The notes beneath the pieces were generated by a model. It searched no databases. It was given only the letters and a program-made list of their open reading frames with translations, and was not told where the DNA came from. DNA of 64,000 nucleotides from Eledone cirrhosa (taxonomy: Eukaryota), in the NCBI GenBank assembly GCA_964016885.1, contig OZ024744.1, positions 28,644,001 to 28,708,000 of the forward strand, written 5' to 3'. Shown piece after piece: positions 1-10,854 of the stretch. How positions within the stretch are numbered: the first letter of the stretch is position 1; each line of letters opens with the position of its first letter. Position numbers and translations under genes: made by a program.

Positions 1-230
1 AACAAAGAAACAGTGCCTTATATTAAAAAATTCATCATTATACGATCGTTTCTAGGAGATATATGTGTGTGTTGGTATGTATATCATATAGATCTATGTA
101 AAGTTTTACAAACTATCAGAGAGAATATACATAGCTACACATATATATGCTGTCTTCAGAAATAATCATTATTGTTTTAGAGTAGTGACAGACTCACTTA
201 CTTTAATTTTCAGCAAACAGGGGGAGATAA

Positions 231-275
231 AGCTGACAAGGCCTTGTTTCGCATTTATTGATGCTTATCAAAGCC
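231..275 (-). ncRNA. Minimal type I hammerhead ribozyme, U3-A8 variant
   Basis: Minus strand reads ggct-TTGATAA-gcat caataa atgc-GAAAC-aaggcctt-GTC-agct: stems I and II, palindromic stem III, GUC triplet. Same repeat family as the 13.7-kb HHR. Confidence 0.75.
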
Positions 276-408
276 AACTACTCCTCCTGTTTGCTGAAAT
301 CATGGATGTTTGTTTCTTATAGAATTCTAGTAAATAAACAATAGCATAAGGTCTTCGAAATGCTTTTAATTAAGCATACAGTGTATTTCAAAATACACTA
401 TATATACA

Positions 409-447
<39 letters not shown>

Positions 448-619
448 AAGGTATATATTGAGTTAGGAAATCAAAATAGTCTCTTACATCAAAATACCTC
501 TAAGAAAGAGGTATTTCCGAGACGTATATTATAATTGAATATAAAAGAAAAAACGAACACAGATATATATATATGTGTTCAAATCATAAGGGACCAGATT
601 CGCTTTTCTTTTATATTCA

Positions 620-660
<41 letters not shown>

Positions 661-665
<5 letters not shown>

Positions 666-1365
666 GGAAATTTAGTAAAATCGAACCTCTGGCGGTTTAT
701 AAGCAATTTCGGCCTACTTATATGAAATGATGAGTTAGCAAAGCATTCGATAAGGTAGGTCCTTAGAGTAATAACATACGTTTAAATAGCTTGACAAATC
801 GAACATTGTGGTAGACAAAATCTAACACACAATAATATACCAAAGTAACGATAGAACTAACAGGTTGAGAAATTACACCTGGGAAAATCAAACGATTATA
901 CGTTTAAAGTGTTTCTTTGAATCCGAAATCAAATATCAGACTTACGTGACTGGCAAGCTCGTGGTATTCATAATCGAACAGAGGATTCAGTTCTTCAGGT
1001 TTTCGTTCTACCCAGGACGGGTGATAGGCTAAATGTTGCCGCTAGATGCAGCGTATCGTATCTATAGCTGTCACGTGTTAATTCCAGCAAGGGAAATAAC
1101 CCCCGGTTTTTGGCGCGACATTCAAAATGTTAGACAAAGGAAATATTTTAATTTCCGCTAATCATCATGATAAGCTCTCGACTAGATGTTATAAAACAAA
1201 CACAAATAATTAACCAGTCAACAGAATTGTCTAATTAAATTAATTAGTTAATTATTAAATCTAGGAGAATAATATAATTGGAAATTTAGTAAAATCGAAT
1301 CTCTGGCGGTTTGCAAGCAAATTCGGCCTACTTATATGAAATGATGAGTTAGCAAAGCACTCGAT
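661..1365. mobile_element. Non-autonomous element with 91-bp terminal direct repeats, between (TA)n tracts
   Basis: 661-751 is nearly identical to 1275-1365; no ORF; a degenerate HHR-like fold lies on the minus strand at about 700-775. Confidence 0.6.
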
Positions 1366-1699
1366 TATATATATATATATATGAAAACACTCATCGCTAG
1401 AACATCCGCTAAAACAGCAAAATGCTGTCAAATACTGTGATGGGGAAAATACCGCAGAGGTGAGAGACCAGCAGCGAGTGGTCAACAGAGAGATGATCCT
1501 CAAGGTGGGGACAGGCAGATGAAATGTAGAAAAGATTAAAAGAATAGGTGGATAAGGAAAATTGTGTTGGCGCATAGAAGTGACTGGAAAAAGAAAATAA
1601 AGAAAGGCGATGTACAAGACAAGTTTTCGCACACACATCTTCACCCTCATTCGTTCTGAAACCAACAAAAATGGTTTTGCACGATTTAATTGTAAGAGT

Positions 1700-1803
1700 T
1701 GTATTCCAGCATGGCCACGGTCTAATTGCTAAAACCAGTAAAAGAATAAAAGAACGAGGTGCCCCAGCATGGCGGTGGTCTAATGACCGAACAAGAAAAG
1801 AGA
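1700..1803 (+). mobile_element. SINE 3' tail fragments (two)
   Basis: Two copies of ccagcatggc...gtctaat..c..aa..ag.aaaaga, resembling the 3' end of cephalopod tRNA-derived SINEs (recognised from memory). Confidence 0.45.
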
Positions 1804-2847
1804 TTTTATAAATTATAAAATGTGGTATTGGTTTCTAAACAGGCATTATTGGCATTCCATGTCCCTTATTATAATTTTTGGGGTGGGGGTGCAGAAGGAA
1901 GTTGCTACTCCTTTGGTTTATTATTTAAACTACGTGGTTCATTTTTTTTATTTACTATATTGCTGTTAATTAAAATAACTTATATTTGCAACTTAAAATC
2001 ACAATTTTAATTATTTAAGTTAAAAGTAATTTATGCCACATATATCTTCGTCAAATTATATTGGACATATATTCTCTCAAGAAATAATTGACATTGTTTC
2101 TCTCACAAGTCTTAACATTTCAGTTCACTTCTAAGTCTCAAGTGGTTTAAACAAATTTATATGATGAATAGTATTCACAGAAAAAAGACAAAAAAAAAAA
2201 ATAATAACAAAACAAAAAAAAAACGGGCCTTGAGGGTTTCGCAACATTTTACATCACATTTCGTATGTGGAATCCCGTTTGATCATTTCTATGATAAAAT
2301 CCTTTGAAATTCTCGATAAAAATATGAAAAGAAATACTAATACTTGATATTTCCAAATATAAAAACAAAGAAATAAAAATAAAAAAAATATTGGAACTGC
2401 AAAGAGCCAGTGGACGACAAGAAAGTTTACAGTGCTAACAGACATAAGATTTTATTGTATGCCAGTACAATAAGGAAAGCAAAGTGTATTCAATAATAGA
2501 AACCATTAGTACAATACTGTTTCACTTTCTCCAATTTTGAAATGTTGCGATTCCAATTATGTAAAGATGGCAATGTAATTACAAGCGAAAGCAAAATATA
2601 CCTATAGACTTTTATTTATGTACATGGTTATCATTTGAACAGAAAATAATGTTAGAAAACGAAAAAGTATTCAGAATTGTTTCACATTCTCGACTACGCC
2701 ATTCATTATTTCTTTATTCTCCCATACACTATTATGCTCGAATATTTTCATTATATCTTGTGTAACTGCGCGTAAAAAACTCACAATTAACTTACGAACA
2801 TAAGACAAATTTATAGACAGACGCACACACATGCCAATGCACGCACG

Positions 2848-2912
<65 letters not shown>

Positions 2913-3017
2913 TACAAGATAGTATTGCATTTTAGTAACTACAATGTAACAAGCTGGCTCCTGCTGTCAAATATGACGGTTAAACAATATATATATACAT
3001 AATATAAAAAATATATG

Positions 3018-3188
3018 TGTTGGTTGGTTAGTTGGTTGGTTCCTTCACGCTCATTCAAACAAGTGAAACAAACATACAAACACACAGCTGTGACGAATCT
3101 TAGAACGCTGGACTTCTATAGTTTCTCATCCCATCCTTCCTCAGTCATCACATAGATATGTGTGTATGTAACAATTATAAAGCGTGTC

Positions 3189-3246
<58 letters not shown>

Positions 3247-3345
3247 AGCGTGTCAGTACTTTGTCATCACAGCTTCCTTCCTCAGTAGATATAATTTCCC
3301 CATCCTTCTTTAGTCATCTCTAGTGTGTGACGGACAAATACACAT
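3018..3345. repeat. Dispersed repeat; inverted copy at about 15433-15826
   Basis: agtcatctctagtgtgtgacggacaaatacac and ttggttggttccttc match the reverse complement of the 15.4-15.8 kb segment. Confidence 0.6.
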
Positions 3346-3386
3346 AGCTTTTATTATATTACTGATATATATGTATAAATATACTC

Positions 3387-4106
<720 letters not shown>

Positions 4107-4140
4107 TCTATATATATATACACACGTGTATAAATATATA

Positions 4141-7047
4141 CCGTATATGCCGGCGTATAAGTCAACATTTGGAGCCTAAAAATATCTCTCCGAAACCAGG
4201 GGTCGACTTGTTCACCGAATATAGAATGTGAACATTTACCACTGAGAGGTAAACAGTGAAACTGCCTGCCTGACACTCGCTCTACCTTAACTCCACTTAC
4301 CTTAACTCTACCAGCCTACCACAATTCTTTACTACTGAATCTCATATTTACTAATTCTATTTAAGGTAGAGATTATAATAATATCAATGACTTGCCGTAG
4401 CACATAGGGTAGGTTACCATAGAGAAGGTTACCATAGGGTAAATTACCATGGGTAGGTTACCATAGGGTAGGTCACCATAGGGTAAGTTACCATAAGGTA
4501 GGTTAACATAGAGAAGGTTACCATAGGGTAGGTTAACATAGAGAATGTTACCATAGTATAGGTTACCATAGTATAGGTTACCATAGGGTAGGTTACCATA
4601 CGGTAGGTTAACAGAGAAGGTTACCATAGGGTAAGTTACCATAGGGTAGGTTACCTTAGGGTTGGTTACCATAAGATAGGTTAACATAGAGAAGGTTACC
4701 GTAGGGTAGGTTACCATAGGGTAGGTTACCATAGGGTAGGTTACCATATGGTAGGTTAACATATAGATGGTTACCATAGGGCAAGTTACCATAGGGTAGG
4801 TTACCATATGCTAGGTTATCATAGGGTAGGTTACCATAGAGAAGGTTAACATAGGGTAGTTACCATATGGAAGGTTACCATAGGGTGAGTTACCATATGG
4901 TAGGTTACCATTGAGTAGGTTACCCTAGGGTAAGTTACCATAGGGTAGGTTACCTTAGGGTAAGTTACCATAGTGTAGGTTACCATAGAGAATGTTACCA
5001 TAGGGCGAGTTACCATAGGGTAGGTTACCATATGTTAGGTTACCATAGGGTAGGTTACCATAGGGTAGGTTACCGTAGAGAAGTTTACCATGGGGTGAGT
5101 TACCATAGGGGAGGTTACAATAGGGTAGGTTATCATAGGGTAGGTTACAATAGGGTAGGTTACCATAGGGTAGGTTACCATAGGGAAGGTTACCATAGAG
5201 TGAGTTACCATAGGATAGGTTACAATAGGCTAGGTTACCATATGGTAGGTTACCATAGAGAATGTTACCATCGGGTGAGTTACCAAAGGGTAGGTTCCAT
5301 AGGATAGGTTACCATAGGGTAGTTTACCATAGGGTAGGTTACCATATGGTATGTTGCTCTAGGGTCGTTACCATAGGATCAGTTACCACAGGGTAGGTTA
5401 CCATATGGTAAGTTACCTTATCGTAGGTTACCATAGGTTAGGTTACCATAGATAATGTTATCATAGGGTGGGTTACCATAGGGTAAGTTACCATGGGGTA
5501 AGTTACCATAGGGTAAGTCACCATAGAGTATGTTACTTTAGGGTAGGTTAACACATGGTATGTTACAATAGGTTAGGTTACCATAGGGCAGGTTACCATA
5601 AGGTGAGTTACCATAGGGTAGGTTAGCATATAGAAGGTTACCATAGGCTAGATTAACAACATAGGGTAGGTTACTATATGGTAGGTTATATAGGGTAGGT
5701 TACCATAGGGCAAGATACCATAGGGTAGGTTACCATAGGATACGTTACCATAGGGCAAATTAACATAGGTTAGGTTACCATAGGTTAAGCTACCATAGGG
5801 TAAGTTACCATAAGGTAGGTTACCATAGGGTAGTTTACCATCGGGTAGGTTACTATAGAGAAGGTTACCGTAGGGTAGGTTACCATAGGGCTGGTTACCA
5901 CAGAGTAGGAGGTTACCTAAGGTAGGTTACCATATGGTAGATTATCATAGGGTGAGTTACCATAATGTATGTTACCATAAGGTAGGTTACCATAGGGTAG
6001 GTTACCATAGGGTATGTTACCAGAGGGTAGGTTATCATAAGGTAGGTTACCTTTGGGGGTAAGTTACCATAGGGTAGGTTACCATATGGTAGCTTACCAT
6101 AGAGAAGTTTACCATAGGGTGGGTTACCATATGGTAGGTTACCATAGGGTAGATTAACATAGGGTAGGTTACCATAGATATGGTTACCTAGGGTAGGTTA
6201 TCATTGACTAGGTTACCATAGGTTAGGTTACCATAATGTAGGTTACCATAGGGTAAGTTACCATAGGGTATGTTACCATGGGTAGTTTACCATAGAGAAG
6301 GTTACCATAGGGTAAGTTACCACAGGGTAGGTTACCATAGGGTATGTTAACATAGGGTAGGTTACCATAGGGTATGCTACCATAGGGTAGGTTTCCATAT
6401 GGTAGGTTACCATAGATATGGTTAGCATGGCGTATGTTACCATAGGGTAGGTTACCATTGGGTAGGTTACCATAGAGAAGGTTACCATAGGGTAAGTTAT
6501 CATATGACAGGTTACCATAAGGTAGGTTACCATAGGGTAAGTTACCTTATGGTAGGTTACCATAGAGTAAGTTACCATAGAGAATGTTACCAAAGGGTAA
6601 GTTACCATAGGGTAGGTTACCATAGAGAAGGTTACCATAGGGTAAGTTACCATAGGGTAGGGTACCATAGGGTAGGTTACCATAGATAAGCTTACCATAG
6701 GGTAGGTTACCATAGAGAAGGTTACCATAGGGTAGGTTACCATAGGGTAGGTTAACATAGAGAAGGTTACTATAGAGTAAGTTACCATACGGTAGGTTAC
6801 CATAAGTTAGGTTACCAAAGGTTTGATAAGGTTAGGCTAGGCTGGCTTACTTAGTGAGTTAAAACTCACATGCGACTCAAGTGGTTTAGAAGTGTCTTAG
6901 TCTTCAGTGCGCCACTAAATTTTTGAATTATTTGCCCTTATTTTGGGGAGTCGTCTTATCCGGCAAATATAAGCCTAAAAAAATTACACATTAGAATTTT
7001 AGGGATCAACCTATGCGCCGAATCGACTTGTACGCCGGCATATACGG
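4141..7047. mobile_element. Tc1/mariner-superfamily (Tc2/pogo-like) non-autonomous DNA transposon
   Basis: TIRs CCGTATATGCCGGCGTATAAGTC / GACTTGTACGCCGGCATATACGG, TA on both sides, repeated subterminal gtcgactt-like motifs, no transposase. Confidence 0.8.
4402..6820. repeat. 15-bp minisatellite (GGTTACCATAGGGTA)n, about 160 units
   Basis: Directly visible 15-bp periodicity with variant units such as GGTTACCATAGAGAA; explains the MVTYP and VGYHR ORFs. Confidence 0.95.
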
Positions 7048-7133
7048 TATGAATATTTATATATATATATATTTTTCTTTGAATATGGCAAAGCCGGCCA
7101 TTAATCGCTCGTATAAATGAAACTGACTGGCGT

Positions 7134-7300
7134 GTCTGCTGATATACAAATCTGGCTGATCAGTCAGATCTGCTAATATGCAGATCTGACTGATCAGCCA
7201 GTCTGCTAATATGCAGATCTGACTGATCAGCCAGTCTGCTAATATGCAGATCTGACTGATCAGCCAGTCTGCTAATATGCAAATCAGGCAGATCAGTCAC
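7134..7300. repeat. 33-bp tandem repeat, about 5 copies
   Basis: Unit gtctgctaatatgcagatctgactgatcagcca; starts at 7201 and 7234. Confidence 0.85.
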
Positions 7301-7365
7301 TGTATATTTTAGAAAATATTATATATTTTCACTAGCTCTGACAGTTGGCAGGTGAACAGTGAGCC

Positions 7366-7405
7366 GTACTGATGAAGGGTGATACCCAGAAACATTAGTG
7401 TTTAC
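7366..7405 (+). ncRNA. Minimal type I hammerhead ribozyme
   Basis: gta-CTGATGA-agggt gat accca-GAAAC-attagt-GTT-tac. Confidence 0.7.
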
Positions 7406-7539
7406 AATTCTGTTCGCATGCCAACACATGAGCAAGGATGAGGGGATCACTCTACTGACATGGCTATAAAAATGAGGGTTGTTTGCATAATTGCAAACAA
7501 ATCGAATATTATTATTATTATTCGAAAATCTCAGATTAC

Positions 7540-7599
<60 letters not shown>

Positions 7600-7668
7600 A
7601 TATAAATGTTTCAGATAATCCCGTTAAGGGTGAAAGCAGCGATTCTTTGCTTAAACCTTTATCTGTTA

Positions 7669-7721
<53 letters not shown>

Positions 7722-7849
7722 AAAGTTATATTTAAATTGTTGGGTTAACAACGAGTAAATATTTATAACTGATATAAAAGCACTCAACAAGTATTTGGAG
7801 TATATTTATGATATTAAATAAATGGAAACTATATTTATAAAACCATATT

Positions 7850-7915
7850 TATTTCGTTATATATATTTCAGGGATATCATATTAACAATATGTTATGCCA
7901 TCTTCAGACAAAATA
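7850..7915 (-). ncRNA. Hammerhead ribozyme in inverted pLTR
   Basis: Reverse-complement copy of the 10723-10788 motif. Confidence 0.65.
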
Positions 7916-8152
7916 CAATATAAACAGTCTTATAAATAAATAAATAGATACGACATACCTTTCAATCACCTTGCATTTGGGAGGTTGATTTGGTAGTAAA
8001 AAATATTGTGGACAGTTGTAAAAGAAAGAGATAAAGAGAGAAAGAAGAGAAACGAAGAAAATATATATATATTATCGGCTAGGAATACATTGATAGAATT
8101 TAATGACCAACTATAGACCCGAGCAGATAGAGATAACAATGTTGACATTACT

Positions 8153-9409
8153 ATGGGATCATCCGACTCAGCTCAGGTAACTGACCTTGTGGGCTTATTT
8201 TTAATCAATTCGCTGCATAGGAAAATACCTGGTACTACCGGAGGTTTATATAGAGATGACATGCTTTTACTTATTGATAATAATAACTCTGAACTAAATA
8301 GAAAAAGAAAACAAATTACACAATTTTTTAATCACTTTAATCTAAAAATAGAAATTGAGAATAGCCATAGAATAGTCAACTTCCTAGATATAACATTAAA
8401 TCTCAACACATGTCTTAACTATCCATTTCACAAGTTGAATGAAAACTTAAACTATGTCAGCTTTAACTCTAACCACCCCAAATCTGTTAAAAATACTATA
8501 GTAAACTCTGTTCAATCACGTATCTCTAGAATCTCATCTAATAAAAAGATTTTCGACGAAAAAGCCCATTATTACAATGAAGCGTTAGCTAGAGCAGGAT
8601 ATAGTGATAAAATTATGTACATAGATAATGATAAACAAATTAAACAAAATAACAACTATTTTAATTATGGCCACAACCTTAACAACTATAATAGAAAGCA
8701 TTACAATAATTCCAAAAGCCATAAAAGAAATAGAACTAGGAATATAATATGGTTTGCCCCCCCTTTCTCACTAAACATTAAAACCCACATTGCTAAACTA
8801 TTTTTTATAGCTCTCGATAATCGCTTCCCTAGAACACATAGGTATCACTCAATTTTCAATAGACATACTATAAAACTAACCTACTCATCCACCAAAAATT
8901 TAGCGCAAAATATTAATAGAATAAATAACAGGAACTTAAAACCTAGCGATAATAGCATAAATAATATCCAAGTTAACAAATGTAACTGTAGAGATAGATC
9001 TAAATGTCCGTTAATTAACAACTGCTTAGTTAAAAATATAATATACAACTGTAATGTTAAAACGGACGTTAATTCTTTTAACTACGTTGGTTCTACATCG
9101 ACGGAATTTAAACTTCGCTATAACAACCACAAGAATTCTTTCACAGATCCATCCAAAAAATCTTCAACAGCACTATCATGCGTACTCTGGCAACTTAGGC
9201 ATGATAACGTTAGATATTCGACGACTTGGAATATAGTTTCAAGGGGGATTCCTTTTAATTCATCCTCTGAGACATGTGACCTCTGTGCGGAGGAGATATT
9301 CTTTATACTAAAATCTAAAAATTCCCTTAATCTACGGACAAATTTATTCAGTTGCTGCAGACATAGATTGAACTCAACGTTTAAATATAAATTTAAATTT
9401 AAAATGTAA
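8153..9409 (+). CDS. PLE reverse transcriptase C-terminal half plus GIY-YIG endonuclease (N-truncated)
   Basis: MGSSDSAQVTDLVG, GLYRDD, FLDITL, SNHP, CNCx5CPL, NIIY..YVGST..FKLRYNNH, CDLC..E...LN...CRH. Confidence 0.85.
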   Translation: MGSSDSAQVTDLVGLFLINSLHRKIPGTTGGLYRDDMLLLIDNNNSELNRKRKQITQFFNHFNLKIEIENSHRIVNFLDITLNLNTCLNYPFHKLNENLNYVSFNSNHPKSVKNTIVNSVQSRISRISSNKKIFDEKAHYYNEALARAGYSDKIMYIDNDKQIKQNNNYFNYGHNLNNYNRKHYNNSKSHKRNRTRNIIWFAPPFSLNIKTHIAKLFFIALDNRFPRTHRYHSIFNRHTIKLTYSSTKNLAQNINRINNRNLKPSDNSINNIQVNKCNCRDRSKCPLINNCLVKNIIYNCNVKTDVNSFNYVGSTSTEFKLRYNNHKNSFTDPSKKSSTALSCVLWQLRHDNVRYSTTWNIVSRGIPFNSSSETCDLCAEEIFFILKSKNSLNLRTNLFSCCRHRLNSTFKYKFKFKM

Positions 9410-10375
9410 TTATGTTTGTTTTGATTTGATTTGTAATTATTTATGAAACTAGCCGATAAATCTTTCGATTTCTTCTTTTTATTAAAACATTCTTTTTATT
9501 AAAACATTCTTCATGAATAATTAAACTACCCTAAAAGTTGATGCTCCAAATATATCGAATTAAATTTTAAACTAGATAAACTTCTATATTATATATAAGA
9601 ACATATGTAGACCAAATGGGTATCCTAAAATTTTGGAATGATTTCTGCTAGACAGGATTTGGTAAACAATTTGTGTTTTATCTGTTTCGACTCTGATGCT
9701 TATGATGATCTTGGCAATATATTGTCAATTAACTTTGAAAGGCTGATCTCTGTGTTTTATTTGTATTATTTTTTAATATTTTTTAATATTTTGTAATATT
9801 TTTTATTTTTAATATTAAATGTTTTAGTTTTCTGTTTATTTATTTATTTATTTATTTTCTTGTCTCTGATATTTTTATTTTTATTTTTATTTTTATTTTT
9901 ATTAATATATTGAAATCTGTTCTCTATTTCTGCTTGATCGACAATCAGGTAGAATAAAGACAAGAATAGTATTGTTAAAATTAATATAGACTCTATATAT
10001 ATATGTGTATATATACACACATATATGTATACCTGAATTTTTATAGCACAATGAGAATGTTTTCGTGTTAATTGAGAGTTTGTTTGTAATTATGATATAA
10101 ACATATGAATTTTTAAAAACTAGACATAAGATCATTACTTTTCACACATTATAGATACATGTCTCATTCATGAATACTGATATTTACATTATAATGCCTG
10201 TTTTATACGAACTAATATTTTCTACGGATAAAACATAGCGGTTTTAAATTCTGCATCGTTTATGTCTGGTTATGTTTCATTTTCTCTTTTTCATTTTCTC
10301 TTTTTTTTTTCTCTCTATATAACGGCTACTTTCTCTTTTAACTACATACATCTCTCTTTACATTAATACTAGAGC

Positions 10376-10414
<39 letters not shown>

Positions 10415-10722
10415 ATGTATCAACCGATACTCAACTTCCTAATTTCTCTATCTATGTCTATCTATCTCTTTCTTTTTTCCTCTCTCTATATATATTTCTC
10501 TCTGTTTCTTTACATGAAGTTCTTCTCTTTATCTATCTTTCTATATCCCTCTATTTAGTCACATGCATTTCTTCTTTTTCTTCGTTTCTCTTTCTTTCTC
10601 TCTTTATCTCTTTCTTTTACAACTGTCCACAATATTTTTTACTACCAAATCAACCTCCCAAATGCAAGGTGATTGAAAGGTATGTCGTATCTATTTATTT
10701 ATTTATAAGACTGTTTATATTG

Positions 10723-10788
10723 TATTTTGTCTGAAGATGACATAACATATTGTTAATATGATATCCCTGAAATATATATAACGAAATA
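10723..10788 (+). ncRNA. Hammerhead ribozyme in PLE 3' pLTR
   Basis: tattttgt-CTGAAGA-[stem II containing catatt/aatatg]-GAAAT-atat-ATA-acgaaata; 8-bp stem I. Confidence 0.65.
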
Positions 10789-10854
10789 AATATGGTTTTA
10801 TAAATATAGTTTCCATTTATTTAATATCATATATATATATATATATATATTTAT

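Larger units (their letters stand above)
7720..10832 (+). mobile_element. 5'-truncated Penelope-like element (Naiad-type) with inverted pseudo-LTR
   Basis: About 7806-8061 is the reverse complement of about 10576-10832; encloses an RT/GIY-YIG ORF; flanked by (TA)n. Confidence 0.85.

Noticed and set aside
491-517. Hairpin aaatacctct/agaggtattt as a terminator or HHR stem II
   Set aside because: Eukaryotic context and no recognisable CTGANGA core beside it.
4373-6803. ORFs with MVTYP or VGYHR pentapeptide repeats
   Set aside because: Translations of the 15-bp satellite, interrupted by indels and stops.
4402-6820. Telomeric or interstitial telomere array
   Set aside because: The unit is 15 bp, not TTAGGG, and lies inside transposon TIRs.
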